NCBI GenBank assembly: GCA_049631145.1
Contig: JBNAAJ010000005.1
Span: 1,546-65,545 of the forward strand
Length of the DNA stretch: 64,000 bases
From: Porticoccaceae bacterium
GTDB taxonomy: Bacteria; Pseudomonadota; Gammaproteobacteria; Pseudomonadales; Porticoccaceae
Direction: 5' to 3'
Positions 54,171 to 64,000 of this stretch are shown piece by piece. The notes under the pieces were generated by a model. That model searched no databases, was not told where the DNA came from, and saw nothing but the letters and a program-made list of their open reading frames with translations. The translations under genes were made by a program, and so were the position numbers. Every line of letters begins with the position of its first letter. Position 1 is the stretch's first letter.

Positions 54171-55886
54171 ATGAGTTATCAGGTTCTTGCCCGTAAGTGG
54201 CGCCCGCGCTCCTTCGCCGAAATGGCGGGGCAGGAACATGTGTTGCAGGCATTGATCAATGCACTGGACAACGATCGTCTGCATCATGCCTATCTGTTTA
54301 CCGGAACCCGCGGTGTGGGCAAAACTACCATCGGCCGGATTCTTTCGAAATGCTTAAACTGTGAGCAGGGCGTAAGTTCGGTTCCCTGTGGTACTTGCGC
54401 CAGTTGTCTGGAAATTACTGAGGGACGCTTTATCGATTTGATCGAGGTCGATGCGGCATCGCGCACTGGTGTCGATGATATGCGTGATTTGCTCGACAAT
54501 GTACAGTATGCACCCTCAAGAGGCCGCTATAAAATCTATTTAATCGACGAAGTGCATATGCTGTCCAAGTCCAGCTTTGCCGCTTTGCTTAAGACCCTTG
54601 AAGAACCTCCACCCCATGTTAAATTTCTATTTGCCACCACCGACCCGCAAAAACTGCCGATTACGGTATTGTCGCGCTGCTTGCAATTTAACCTAAAAAA
54701 TCTCAGTGCCGAGCGTATTACTGAGCACTTAACATTTGTTTTAGGTGAAGAAAAAGTGCCTTTTGAAGAGACGGCTTTATGGTCTTTGGCGCGGGCGGCT
54801 GATGGCAGTATGCGCGATGCGCTCAGCCTTACTGACCAAGCTATTGGTCATGGTGGCGGGCAAATTAATGATGCTGAGGTCAGCGCCATGCTCGGAACTA
54901 TTGAGCGTGCCTACGTGGTGGATATCAGTAGAGCCCTGGCCAGCGGCACAGGTGCTGATGTGATGGCGGCCATTGCACGTATGGCTGAGCAGTCGCCAGA
55001 CTATGATTCGGCCCTGTCAGATATTCTGTCGATTTGGCATCAGGTAGCAATTTTACAGACCGTGCCCGAAGCCATGGATAAAGGCGTAAGTCATTATTCA
55101 GAGCTACTTGATTTAGCGGCATTGACCAGTAAAGAAGATGTGCAACTGTTCTATCAAATCTGTCTGCTTGGGCGTAAAGATCTGCCTCTGGCGCCAGACC
55201 TTAAGTCAGGTTTTGAAATGGTGTTATTGCGAGCTCTGGCCTTTCGTCCAGATGCCAATCCGACTAGTAGGCGAGACAGTCCGGTAAGCGCTCCCGAGGA
55301 GGCGGAGCCTCCAGCAAAAAAGTCTGAAGCTACGGCGGCTGATTTGGGCGCCAATATTGCCGCCCCTGAGCCGATTGCGTCAGAGTCTGCACAACAGCGG
55401 CCGATCAGTTTGGTGCAGGGTAGTGACTCTGCAACCGCTATGGCGATTCAGCCTCCGCTTGAGAGTAAGCAGCCCGCTATCAAAAAAATAGCACTTGAGG
55501 AGTTTAGTCCGAAAAATTGGATCGAAATTCGCAAACAGTTAAATATCGGCGCCTCTCTAGGTGAGATTGCCAGTCATTGTCTGTTTCAGGGTCGTCAGGA
55601 TAATCAGTTAAGATTTCTTATTGATAGCGATGAAACTAGCCTCTACGACACCGCTCATCAGCAAAGTTTAGCCGTTGCCCTGTCTGAGTATTTCGACGAA
55701 CAGCTGTCTGTCGAGATTATATTTGGTGTTGCCGAACAGGAGACGCCACGCGCTGCTGATATTCGCGAGAAATCCGAACGCCTGGCTATAGCAGTAGAAA
55801 CATTAAATTCAGATCCGTCAGTGGTTAAATTTAAACAGTTATTTGATGGCGAATTGGATGAGAAATCCGTCCGCCCCATTGATTAA
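54171..55886 (+). CDS. dnaX: DNA polymerase III subunit tau/gamma
   Basis: [45 protein letters not shown]. Confidence 0.98.
   Translation: MSYQVLARKWRPRSFAEMAGQEHVLQALINALDNDRLHHAYLFTGTRGVGKTTIGRILSKCLNCEQGVSSVPCGTCASCLEITEGRFIDLIEVDAASRTGVDDMRDLLDNVQYAPSRGRYKIYLIDEVHMLSKSSFAALLKTLEEPPPHVKFLFATTDPQKLPITVLSRCLQFNLKNLSAERITEHLTFVLGEEKVPFEETALWSLARAADGSMRDALSLTDQAIGHGGGQINDAEVSAMLGTIERAYVVDISRALASGTGADVMAAIARMAEQSPDYDSALSDILSIWHQVAILQTVPEAMDKGVSHYSELLDLAALTSKEDVQLFYQICLLGRKDLPLAPDLKSGFEMVLLRALAFRPDANPTSRRDSPVSAPEEAEPPAKKSEATAADLGANIAAPEPIASESAQQRPISLVQGSDSATAMAIQPPLESKQPAIKKIALEEFSPKNWIEIRKQLNIGASLGEIASHCLFQGRQDNQLRFLIDSDETSLYDTAHQQSLAVALSEYFDEQLSVEIIFGVAEQETPRAADIREKSERLAIAVETLNSDPSVVKFKQLFDGELDEKSVRPID
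55296..55364 (+). other. Putative -1 programmed ribosomal frameshift cassette in dnaX
   Basis: SD-like GAGGAGG/GGAG, slippery A-AAA-AAG at 55316-55322 in the correct frame, -1 frame stop TGA at 55325-55327, downstream GGCGGC/GCCGCC hairpin. Confidence 0.75.
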
Positions 55887-55903
55887 ATAGACTTGAGGAA
55901 GTA

Positions 55904-56221
55904 ATGGATATTAATAATTTGATGAAACAAGCGCAGCAGATGCAGGAAAAAATGTCTGCTATGCAGGAACAGGCAGCTAACGCTGAAGTGATCGGGGAGT
56001 CGGGTGCCGGTATGGTTCAAGTAGTGATGACTGGGCGCCACGATGTGCGTAAGGTGACATTGGACCCTTCATTGATGAGTGAAGATAAAGAATTTCTTGA
56101 AGATTTGTTGGCTGCAGCGGTCAATGATGCGGTGCGAAAGATAGAGGCACAGAGTAAAGATGCGTTGAGCTCTCTGACCGGTGGCATGGACCTGCCTCCG
56201 GGTTTCAAAATGCCATTCTAG
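55904..56221 (+). CDS. ybaB: YbaB/EbfC nucleoid-associated protein
   Basis: [40 protein letters not shown]. Confidence 0.96.
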   Translation: MDINNLMKQAQQMQEKMSAMQEQAANAEVIGESGAGMVQVVMTGRHDVRKVTLDPSLMSEDKEFLEDLLAAAVNDAVRKIEAQSKDALSSLTGGMDLPPGFKMPF

Positions 56222-56238
56222 TCTCGGGGCGGTTCTCT

Positions 56239-56832
56239 TTGTACGGAAATATAATAGATCAACTGATTAAGGCATTGCGAGTACTGCCTGGTGTCGGCGC
56301 TAAATCAGCGCAGCGTATGGCTTTACAATTGCTGGAGCGCGATAAAGAAGGCGCGGCTAGATTGGCAGAATCCATCGTCGAGGCGATTGAAAAAGTGGGT
56401 CGCTGCTCTGTGTGTCGGACTTTAACAGAGCTTGAACAATGTGCGATCTGCAGTAACAGTCGTCGCAACAATGCACAAATTTGTGTAGTAGAAAATCCCG
56501 CTGATCTGTATGCGATAGAACAGGCCGGAAGCTTCCAAGGTAAGTATTTTGTGTTGCTTGGGCATCTTAGCCCTATTGATGGTATTGGTCCTGAACAACT
56601 GGGGATAGATCAACTGATTGAGCGCTTGCTTAATGATCAAGTGAGTGAGTTAATTTTGGCTACTAATCTCACCGTAGAGGGTGAAGCAACAGCTCATTTT
56701 ATAGCTGATAAGGCCAAAGCATTGGGGGTTAATGTCTCGCGAATTGCCTATGGCGTACCTATGGGTGGTGAGTTGGAGTATGTGGATGGCGGAACGCTAA
56801 ATATGGCATTGCAAAGTAGAAAGGCGTTGTAA
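56239..56832 (+). CDS. recR: Recombination mediator RecR
   Basis: LPGVG.KSAQR, C4 zinc finger, [28 protein letters not shown]. Confidence 0.97.
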   Translation: MYGNIIDQLIKALRVLPGVGAKSAQRMALQLLERDKEGAARLAESIVEAIEKVGRCSVCRTLTELEQCAICSNSRRNNAQICVVENPADLYAIEQAGSFQGKYFVLLGHLSPIDGIGPEQLGIDQLIERLLNDQVSELILATNLTVEGEATAHFIADKAKALGVNVSRIAYGVPMGGELEYVDGGTLNMALQSRKAL

Positions 56833-57948
56833 ATGAAGCAATGGATTGACAGTGATGTAGCGCTTAAAAAAATCTGCGCACAGTTGACCGATATTAAGAA
56901 ACTGGCGGTAGATACAGAGTTTATACGCACTGATACTTTCTATCCGAAGATAGCCCTGATTCAGATTTCCGATGGTCAGCAGTGTTGGCTGATCGACGTA
57001 CTGGCGATTAATGATTTTACTCCGCTAAAAGCGCTGCTGGAAGATACTCAAAAATTATTAATCTTTCATGCTTGCGCTGAAGATCTGGAGGTGTTGGAAC
57101 ATGCGCTGGATATTTGTCCGGTAACAATATTTGATACTCAGATCGCCGCAGGTATCACTAATATCGGCTATTGCATGGGCTATGCACGGTTAGTGCAAAC
57201 TCTATTTGATGTCGAACTGGATAAACAGGAAACAAGATCCGATTGGCTTGCCCGTCCACTTACCGAGCGGCAGCTGGATTATGCTGCGGTGGATGTTGAA
57301 TATCTTCATGCAATGGAGCGGCTACTCAGTCAGCGCTTGGTAGAACAACAGCGCGAGGAATGGTTTAAGGAAGAAACAATGGCGTTATTTGCCCTAGTTG
57401 AAGGGCGTAAGGACTACCAAAATTACTATCTGCGTGTAAAAGGTGCTTGGCGTCTTAGCCAGCAATCACTAGTTGCCCTTAAGCGTCTCTGCGACTGGCG
57501 TGAAGAGCGGGCGCGAATGCTCGATAAGCCGCGGGCACGCATTATTAAAGATGCTGTGCTGCTGGAATTGGCTAGGCGTCTGCCCTCATCAAATGCGCAA
57601 CTTTATGGTATCGACGATTGGCACCCTCGATCGGTTAAGCGGCTAGGGTCGATGGTGTTGCAACAGATTGCGCATGCAAATAATGACCGCGAAATAGCAT
57701 CGATTCCCATGCCATTGCCTAAGGCCATAAACAGCCTAATGAAAGAAATGCGTAGTACGCTGGTCAGTGTTGCTGAACGGATGCAGGTGCCGCAAGAATT
57801 TTTATGTAATAAGAAAGAACTTGAAGATATTCTGCGCAGTTCAATGGAGGGGCAATGCCTCTGGCCGGTGCGACTAACTCAGGGTTGGCGACAGTCAGGC
57901 GTGCAACCTGCACTTCAGGCAGTACTCAACAACAGTGATCTGGTATGA
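56833..57948 (+). CDS. rnd: Ribonuclease D
   Basis: AVDTEF.R..T.YP...LIQ, HA..EDLE, FDTQIAA, SDWLARPL...QL.YAA.DV, HRDC domain. Confidence 0.94.
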   Translation: MKQWIDSDVALKKICAQLTDIKKLAVDTEFIRTDTFYPKIALIQISDGQQCWLIDVLAINDFTPLKALLEDTQKLLIFHACAEDLEVLEHALDICPVTIFDTQIAAGITNIGYCMGYARLVQTLFDVELDKQETRSDWLARPLTERQLDYAAVDVEYLHAMERLLSQRLVEQQREEWFKEETMALFALVEGRKDYQNYYLRVKGAWRLSQQSLVALKRLCDWREERARMLDKPRARIIKDAVLLELARRLPSSNAQLYGIDDWHPRSVKRLGSMVLQQIAHANNDREIASIPMPLPKAINSLMKEMRSTLVSVAERMQVPQEFLCNKKELEDILRSSMEGQCLWPVRLTQGWRQSGVQPALQAVLNNSDLV

Positions 57949-58223
57949 CTGATCGTATAAAACAAAAAATTCTCTGCGATATTTACAAAGGCGAGAAGAA
58001 AGACGAGATGTATCTCTATGTCCCGAAACAGGATGGGTTGGAGAATGTACCGGAGGCTTTGTTGCATGAATTTGGTGAGCTAACCTTAGTCACTACATTG
58101 GTACTGAATGAATCACGCAAGTTGGCACGAGCCGATATCCTCAAGGTGATGGCAGAATTAAATAAAAATGGCTTCTATCTGCAAATGCCACCAGTTAAAT
58201 ATCCTGATCAACGGCAACACTGA
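57945..58223 (+). CDS. YcgL domain protein
   Basis: IYK..KK.EMYLYV......VPE.LL..FG, RKLA..D...V...L...GFYLQMPP. Confidence 0.9.
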   Translation: MTDRIKQKILCDIYKGEKKDEMYLYVPKQDGLENVPEALLHEFGELTLVTTLVLNESRKLARADILKVMAELNKNGFYLQMPPVKYPDQRQH

Positions 58224-58229
58224 TTGACT

Positions 58230-58667
58230 ATGACACAGTTTTGGCAGACAAAAAGTCTTGAGCAAATGAATGCAGAGGAGTGGGAATTACTCTGCGATGG
58301 CTGCGCTAAATGTTGCTTAGTAAAGTTGCAAGATTCTGATAATGATGAAATATTTTATACTAACGTCAGCTGTGAATTACTCGATATTAACAGTTGCAGA
58401 TGTGGCGATTATGAGGGTCGGCATAACGTCGTTGACGATTGTATTAAACTGGATAAAGAAAATATTCATGCCTTATCATGGTTGCCCGAAAGCTGCTCTT
58501 ATCGATTGGTTGCCGCTGGGAAACCGTTGCCAGAATGGCATCATCTTATTACTGGTTCGCGGCAAACCATGCACAGCTATGGCGCCTCGTTGCAAGGGCG
58601 AGTAATATCTGAGCTCGATGTTGATGATGACGATCTTGAAGATCATATAATTCAGTGGGTTGATTAA
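58230..58667 (+). CDS. YcgN family cysteine-cluster protein (UPF0260)
   Basis: FW..KSL..M...EWE.LCDGC.KCC..KL, WLP.SC.YR. Confidence 0.92.
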   Translation: MTQFWQTKSLEQMNAEEWELLCDGCAKCCLVKLQDSDNDEIFYTNVSCELLDINSCRCGDYEGRHNVVDDCIKLDKENIHALSWLPESCSYRLVAAGKPLPEWHHLITGSRQTMHSYGASLQGRVISELDVDDDDLEDHIIQWVD

Positions 58668-58669
58668 CT

Positions 58670-59044
58670 ATGTACAGTGCGGAAAATTATTTGTGGGGCT
58701 GGATAGCCTACTCTTCAGGTGCGCTGTGTCTGTTATTGTGTCTGTGGTTACTTGTGCGCAAGATAAGCGTGGCGGCTATTCGTCATATTATTATGATGTT
58801 TGCGATGATAGCATTTTTTACACCAGTGACGGCTTATCGCGACGATCCTCATCTGGCACCGGCTTTTTTTGTTAGCCTGTACGAGGGGTTATTGGCGTCC
58901 GGCGATGATATGGGTTTCCAGCGAGGCTTAGCACCCATTGTAGCGATAGCAGCGATCGGGCTGTTGTTTTATTCTCTTACACGTTTATTAATATCGAGAT
59001 TTTATAAGTCGTCACCGGCAGTGCCAGCTGATCCCGAAGACTAA
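58670..59044 (+). CDS. Small membrane protein of unknown function
   Basis: Three hydrophobic segments with a TP...APA motif; starts 2 nt after the upstream stop. Confidence 0.65.
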   Translation: MYSAENYLWGWIAYSSGALCLLLCLWLLVRKISVAAIRHIIMMFAMIAFFTPVTAYRDDPHLAPAFFVSLYEGLLASGDDMGFQRGLAPIVAIAAIGLLFYSLTRLLISRFYKSSPAVPADPED

Positions 59045-59076
59045 TTAGTAAACTTATTTATAATAAGGGGCAGTGC

Positions 59077-60750
59077 ATGACCGAGCCATCCACCAATAAA
59101 CGCTCCAAGCAAAATAAACCAAAACTCAGTGCCAGCCAATTGCGCATTGGCACGCGTTATCGTGCTGAGCGCGTCGCCGATGATTATGATGTTATCGTGA
59201 TTGGATCTGGGATTGGCGGTCTAGCCAGTGCAGCGCTGTTGTCGCAGTTAGGTAAAAAGGTAATAGTGTTGGAGCAGCACTATACCGCTGGTGGTTTCAC
59301 TCATGCCTACGAGCGCAACGGTTATGAATGGGATGTAGGAGTGCATTATATCGGTGAGATGGGTCGCAAGAGTGCCGGTCGCCGTTTATTTGATTTTATC
59401 TCCGGTGGCCAATTGCAATGGGCGGCAATGGATAATGTCTATGATCGTATTGTGCTTGGTGATGAAAGTTTTGATTTTGTTGCTGGAAAAGACAATTTTA
59501 AAGCTAGCTTAAAAAGACAATTTCCCAATGACCATCAAGCGATTGATGACTACATGACATTAGTCAAAGAGACTGCACAATATATGAGTCGTGTTGGTCA
59601 AGTTAAAGCGATGCCGCCCTTGTTAGGTAAAATTTTATCCTGGTTTCCGGGGTACAGCCTGCCTAACAAGGTGCTCGAAAGTTCTTATAATGTACTTAAA
59701 GGCATCACCGATAATGAGAAGTTAATCGCAGTGCTCTGTGGTCAATGGGGAGACCATGGATGCCCACCCAAAGAATCAGTATTTTTAATGCATGCATTGA
59801 TTGCCGGTCATTATTTTAATGGCGGTTTTTACCCTGTGGGTGGAGCCTCTAAAATGGCCGAAACCATCATTCCACAAATACAATCGGGCGGTGGTGATGT
59901 GTTCACCTATGCTGATGTTAAAGAAATTATTGTTGCTGGCAATCGTGCTACTGGCGTCAAAATGGCCGATGGCCACTGTCTCTACGCACCGACTATTATT
60001 AGTAATGCCGGTGTTGTGAATACTTTTGACCATTTATTGCCCCGAGCTGTCAGTGAAAAGCTGGGTTATCGTCAAAAAGCGACCGACTTAGATCGATCGA
60101 TGTCTCATTTGGGTATGTATATCGGCCTCAAAGGCACTGCTGAAGAGTTGCAGTTACCGAAGACCAATCTTTGGATTTATCTGGATCAGCATCATGATAA
60201 AAATGTCGCAGCCATGCGACAGGATCCCAGTGCGCCATTGCCATTGGTCTACGTGTCTTTTCCCTCAGCCAAAGACCCCGATTTTCAGCGTCGCTATCCG
60301 GGCCGCTCAACGATTGAAATCGTCAGTGGACCCTGTGATTACGAACAATATCGCCAGTGGGCGGGAAAAACTTGGGGCAAGCGCGGAGAGGATTATGAGG
60401 CGCTTAAGCAGGATTTATCTGAGCGCATGCTGGCTGCGCTGTATAAGCAAATGCCCCATTTGCAGGGTAAAATTGATTATGCTGAAGTATCGACACCGCT
60501 ATCCACCAGCCATTTCTGCCGCTATGAGTACGGCCAAGCCTATGGTCTCGCACATACTAAAAAGCGTTTTCAACAAGATTGGTTGAAACCTCGAACAGCA
60601 CTGCCTGGCTTGTATTTAACTGGTCAGGATATCCTTAGTTGTGGCGTGGTGGGCGCATTAAATGCAGGAATGGTCACGGCCATGTCGATTGTCGGTTTTA
60701 GAGGGGCGGGAGCATTAATGAAGAAAATCAAAACAGGCACCCCAGCGTAG
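59077..60750 (+). CDS. FAD/NAD(P)-dependent oxidoreductase, phytoene desaturase superfamily, retinol saturase (RetSat)-like
   Basis: IGSGIGGL Rossmann motif, LEQHYTAGGFTH, WDVGVHYIG, SFPSAKDP, TPLS, GLYLTGQDI.SCG..GA. Confidence 0.85.
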   Translation: MTEPSTNKRSKQNKPKLSASQLRIGTRYRAERVADDYDVIVIGSGIGGLASAALLSQLGKKVIVLEQHYTAGGFTHAYERNGYEWDVGVHYIGEMGRKSAGRRLFDFISGGQLQWAAMDNVYDRIVLGDESFDFVAGKDNFKASLKRQFPNDHQAIDDYMTLVKETAQYMSRVGQVKAMPPLLGKILSWFPGYSLPNKVLESSYNVLKGITDNEKLIAVLCGQWGDHGCPPKESVFLMHALIAGHYFNGGFYPVGGASKMAETIIPQIQSGGGDVFTYADVKEIIVAGNRATGVKMADGHCLYAPTIISNAGVVNTFDHLLPRAVSEKLGYRQKATDLDRSMSHLGMYIGLKGTAEELQLPKTNLWIYLDQHHDKNVAAMRQDPSAPLPLVYVSFPSAKDPDFQRRYPGRSTIEIVSGPCDYEQYRQWAGKTWGKRGEDYEALKQDLSERMLAALYKQMPHLQGKIDYAEVSTPLSTSHFCRYEYGQAYGLAHTKKRFQQDWLKPRTALPGLYLTGQDILSCGVVGALNAGMVTAMSIVGFRGAGALMKKIKTGTPA

Positions 60751-60759
60751 GGTGCCTGT
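60733..60759 (-). terminator. Hairpin between convergent genes, likely terminator for the POT transporter
   Basis: ACAGGCACCC-7 nt-GGGTGCCTGT, followed by a T-rich run on the - strand. Confidence 0.65.
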
Positions 60760-60767
60760 AGTCACCA

Positions 60768-62300
60768 TCAGTGAATGCCATGCATATATTTTTTCAAAAT
60801 CGGTGAAATAAGTAACATAATTACACCAAAGCCACAGCCGATTAAAAACAAAAAGGTAAACAGTTCGTTGTAGCCGGCTAGTGCTGCGGCTCTGTCAATA
60901 ACGCCGGTTGTTGCGCTATCGATGGCGGCTATTTTAGATAGCTGTGCGGCAACATACTCAGAGTAGGCTGAGGCTAAAAACCAAGTGCCCATCATAAGAC
61001 CAACGACGCGGGGTACTGACAGTTTGGTAACAGCTGATAGGCCCACTGGAGAAAGACATAGTTCACCCATGGTATGCAGCAGATAAGCTAATACTAGCCA
61101 CCAACCAATTACCAAACCGGCGTCATTAGTATTGGCGGCACCCAACATTAATGCGCCAAAACCCAGTCCGGCAAACATAATACCCAAGCCGAATTTAACC
61201 GGTGTGCTGGGTTCCCATCCGCGGCGTCCTAACAGTATCCATATCGACGCAAATAAAGGTGCCAATAGAATAATAAAGGCGGCATTAAATGAGCCATACT
61301 GACTGGCAGTGAGATCTATACCGAAAAGTGCGCGGTCGGTTACTCTGTCGGCAAACAGCGTCATAGAGGCCGCAGACTGTGCAAACAAAGCCCAAAATAC
61401 GACAGTGGAGAAGGTTAGTATCATTAATACAATCATGCGTCCGCGCTCTACGGTATCGCATTTTTTTAAGATGAAAAAAAGCAACCACGAGATGACCACC
61501 AGACTCAGTCCATTGAGTAGCCATTCAACTCTGTGCGCATGCTGGATCATATTCCAAATTAGTGCCAGTGACGCAAGAGCACTGATATAGATAGCCCATT
61601 CTTTATTGAGTCCAAACCATGATGGCTGCTTTAAAAGCGCCGGATCATGGGGCTCAGCATAACCTTGCAGATGATTCTGGCCCGCTTGGAAAACCAGCAG
61701 TCCAAATACCATGCCGATACCTGCGGCACCAAAGCCATAACCCCAACCATAGGTCTCTCCCAAATAGCCACACAACAACGTAGCGCAGAGTGCGCCCATA
61801 TTGATACCCATGTAGAAGATGGTAAAACCGGCGTCACGGCGGGGATCATTTTCTTCATAAAGTTTACCGACAATGGTAGAGATATTGGGTTTAAGGAAAC
61901 CAACGCCAACGATAATAAGGGACAGTGATAGGTAAAAGACGCCAAGCGCGCGATCGTCCCGAATAATTGTCTCGCCTTGCACAAATGCTTGCTGACCCTC
62001 GTAGGCCATGCCCAAGTGACCGAGTACGAGGAGCCAGCCACCAAATGTGACCGCTTTGCGCATTCCCAAATAGCGGTCTGCTAAGACGCCACCGACCACT
62101 GGCATGGCGTAAACCATAGCGGCATAGCTAGCCAGAACATCAAGGCCCATTGAATCGGTGAATAGATGATATTTAGTCAGATATAGCAGCAGCAGGTACT
62201 TCATGCCGTAGAAAGAGAAGCGTTCCCAGAATTCAGTGGCAAAGCAGATATACAGACCTTTGGGATGGCCCATTAAGGTATTCGATGAGGAATTGATCAT
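60768..62300 (-). CDS. Proton-dependent oligopeptide transporter (POT/PTR family)
   Basis: GHPKGL, EFWERFSFYGM (ExxERF), KPNISTIVG, FTIFYMGIN.G, GEL.LSPVGLS. Confidence 0.95.
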   Translation of the reverse strand: MINSSSNTLMGHPKGLYICFATEFWERFSFYGMKYLLLLYLTKYHLFTDSMGLDVLASYAAMVYAMPVVGGVLADRYLGMRKAVTFGGWLLVLGHLGMAYEGQQAFVQGETIIRDDRALGVFYLSLSLIIVGVGFLKPNISTIVGKLYEENDPRRDAGFTIFYMGINMGALCATLLCGYLGETYGWGYGFGAAGIGMVFGLLVFQAGQNHLQGYAEPHDPALLKQPSWFGLNKEWAIYISALASLALIWNMIQHAHRVEWLLNGLSLVVISWLLFFILKKCDTVERGRMIVLMILTFSTVVFWALFAQSAASMTLFADRVTDRALFGIDLTASQYGSFNAAFIILLAPLFASIWILLGRRGWEPSTPVKFGLGIMFAGLGFGALMLGAANTNDAGLVIGWWLVLAYLLHTMGELCLSPVGLSAVTKLSVPRVVGLMMGTWFLASAYSEYVAAQLSKIAAIDSATTGVIDRAAALAGYNELFTFLFLIGCGFGVIMLLISPILKKYMHGIH

Positions 62301-62524
62301 TATTGCTATTCTTTTATTTTTCGACAGTTCGCAATTATGCTAACAGGCCAGGTTTAATAAGGAAATACCTTAAATTCGAAGGAGTAAAACTATTCGGTCA
62401 TACAAACTGCCAGTTTTGGCTATTTTAGCCCTGTAATTGCTAATTTTTGATTAAAACGCTGAGCAGATTAGATTATTATGCGGGGCTTATTTAAATGCTT
62501 TGCACCAATATGGACCATTAGACT

Positions 62525-63370
62525 ATGAAATTTACTGGAACTGACAACTATGTCGCCACTGAGGAATTACAGATGGCGGTTAATGCTGCCGTAACTCTAC
62601 AGCGCCCACTGTTGATAAAGGGTGAGCCAGGTACAGGAAAAACTCTGTTAGCGGAAGAGGTTGCCAAGTCTTTGGGTATGCCGCTTTTATCTTGGCATAT
62701 TAAATCAACTACTAAAGCTCAACAGGGCCTGTATGAATACGATGCGGTATCACGTTTGCGGGATTCGCAGCTAGGCAGTGATAAGGTGCACGATATTGGT
62801 AATTACATCAAGCGAGGTAAGTTATGGGAAGCGTTTACTGCTGATCAGCAGGTAGTATTGCTTATTGATGAAATCGATAAAGCGGATATTGAATTTCCCA
62901 ACGATCTATTGCTTGAGTTAGATAAAATGGAATTTCATGTCTATGAGACGGGTGAGACAATTAAAGCAGTTCAGCGCCCAATCGTTATTATCACCAGTAA
63001 TAATGAAAAAGAACTCCCCGATGCCTTTTTGCGTCGTTGTTTCTTTCACTTTATTAACTTCCCTGATCGCAGCACCATGCAACGCATTATTGATGTGCAT
63101 TTTCCCAAGATTAAGAAGAAGTTGGTGGACGAAGCGCTGGATATATTTTTCGATGTGCGCAAGATTCCAGGTCTTAAGAAAAAACCATCAACCTCTGAGC
63201 TGGTTGATTGGTTGAAACTGGTCATGTCGGACGATATACCCGAGGATATTCTGACCAACCGCGACCCAACAAAGGCGATACCACCGCTCTATGGAGCACT
63301 ACTTAAAAATGAACAGGATGTCCATTTGCTCGAGCGTTTGGCATTTATGACACGTCGCGCTGGGCAATAA
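62525..63370 (+). CDS. MoxR-family AAA+ ATPase
   Basis: GEPGTGKT, LLIDEIDKAD.EFPNDLL, TSN.EKELPDAFLRRC. Confidence 0.93.
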   Translation: MKFTGTDNYVATEELQMAVNAAVTLQRPLLIKGEPGTGKTLLAEEVAKSLGMPLLSWHIKSTTKAQQGLYEYDAVSRLRDSQLGSDKVHDIGNYIKRGKLWEAFTADQQVVLLIDEIDKADIEFPNDLLLELDKMEFHVYETGETIKAVQRPIVIITSNNEKELPDAFLRRCFFHFINFPDRSTMQRIIDVHFPKIKKKLVDEALDIFFDVRKIPGLKKKPSTSELVDWLKLVMSDDIPEDILTNRDPTKAIPPLYGALLKNEQDVHLLERLAFMTRRAGQ

Positions 63371-63382
63371 AAAGCTGATCCC

Positions 63383-64000
63383 ATGCTGATAAATTTCTTT
63401 TATACCTTAAAAAAAGCCAAGGTTCCTGTCTCCATTCGTGAGCTATTAGACCTGCTTGATGCGATGGATAACCATCTCGCATTTGGTTCAATTGACGATT
63501 TTTATTTGCTGGCTCGCACGGTAATGGTAAAAGATGAAAAGTTTTATGATCGCTTTGATAAAGCGTTTGGTGCCTATTTTAAAAATCTCGAAAATATCGA
63601 GGGGATTATAGAAGCGTTGATTCCAGAGGACTGGCTTCGTAAAGAATTTGAAAAGCACTTTAGTGAAGAAGAGAAAGCCAAGATTGAAAGTCTGGGTGGT
63701 CTTGAAAAGCTTATCGAGGAATTTAAGAAGCGTCTCGAGGAGCAAAAAAAGCGTCATGAGGGCGGCAATAAATGGGTTGGTACCAATGGCACCTCACCCT
63801 TTGGTCATGGTGGTTTTAATCCTGAGGGAATTCGTATTGGTGGTCCTGGCGGCAAAGGGTCGGCGGTCAAGGTCTGGGACGAACGGCAATATCAGGATCT
63901 TGATGATTCAGTGGAGATTGGCACGCGCAATATCAAGGTGGCGCTGCGACGGTTACGCAAATTTGCGCGAGAGGGTGCCGCGGATCAGTTGGATCTTGAT
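63383..64000 (+). CDS. VWA-domain partner of the MoxR ATPase (partial, runs off window)
   Basis: Read manually from ATG 63383: MLINFFYTLKKAKVPVSIRELLDL...VKDEKFYDRFDKAF...HEGGNKWVGTNGTSPFG...NIKVALRRLRKFAREG; VWA call rests on family recognition, the domain itself lies beyond the window. Confidence 0.82.
   Translation, partial: MLINFFYTLKKAKVPVSIRELLDLLDAMDNHLAFGSIDDFYLLARTVMVKDEKFYDRFDKAFGAYFKNLENIEGIIEALIPEDWLRKEFEKHFSEEEKAKIESLGGLEKLIEEFKKRLEEQKKRHEGGNKWVGTNGTSPFGHGGFNPEGIRIGGPGGKGSAVKVWDERQYQDLDDSVEIGTRNIKVALRRLRKFAREGAADQLDLD

Overview
A 64-kb stretch of bacterial chromosome with Pseudomonas-like gammaproteobacterial synteny. A marine Cellvibrionales/Porticoccaceae (SAR92-like) origin is my inference, not something the sequence proves. 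About 50 kb is core genome: tRNA-Leu-tig-clpPX-lon-hupB-ppiD; mltD-yafS-rnhA-dnaQ-hrpA; mlaA-rssB/rssC-like; lysR-leuCD-asd-fimV-truA-trpF-accD-folC-dedD-cvpA-purF-metZ-msrA; an Opp-type ABC transporter; SRP RNA-dnaX-ybaB-recR-rnd-ycgL-ycgN; a RetSat-like oxidoreductase; a POT transporter; and a MoxR/VWA pair. The first 14 kb is accessory catabolism in two parts. (1) A six-gene cluster that I cannot match to a described pathway: class III CoA-transferase, HMG-CoA-lyase-family enzyme, two-subunit ATP-dependent hydantoinase/oxoprolinase, TonB-dependent receptor and cysteine amidohydrolase, behind a long, structured 5' region. This is the best candidate for an undescribed system. (2) A TetR-controlled module for unsaturated fatty acid oxidation (dienoyl-CoA isomerase, FadH, flavin reductase). 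Fine-scale signals read directly from the DNA include an E. coli-type -1 frameshift cassette in dnaX, a palindrome providing both -35 boxes of a divergent promoter pair with a probably leaderless tetR, a pseudo-receiver domain on the RssB-like phosphatase, absence of leuB from the leu locus, and an 18-bp tandem repeat in fimV. I saw no mobile elements, CRISPR arrays or rRNA.
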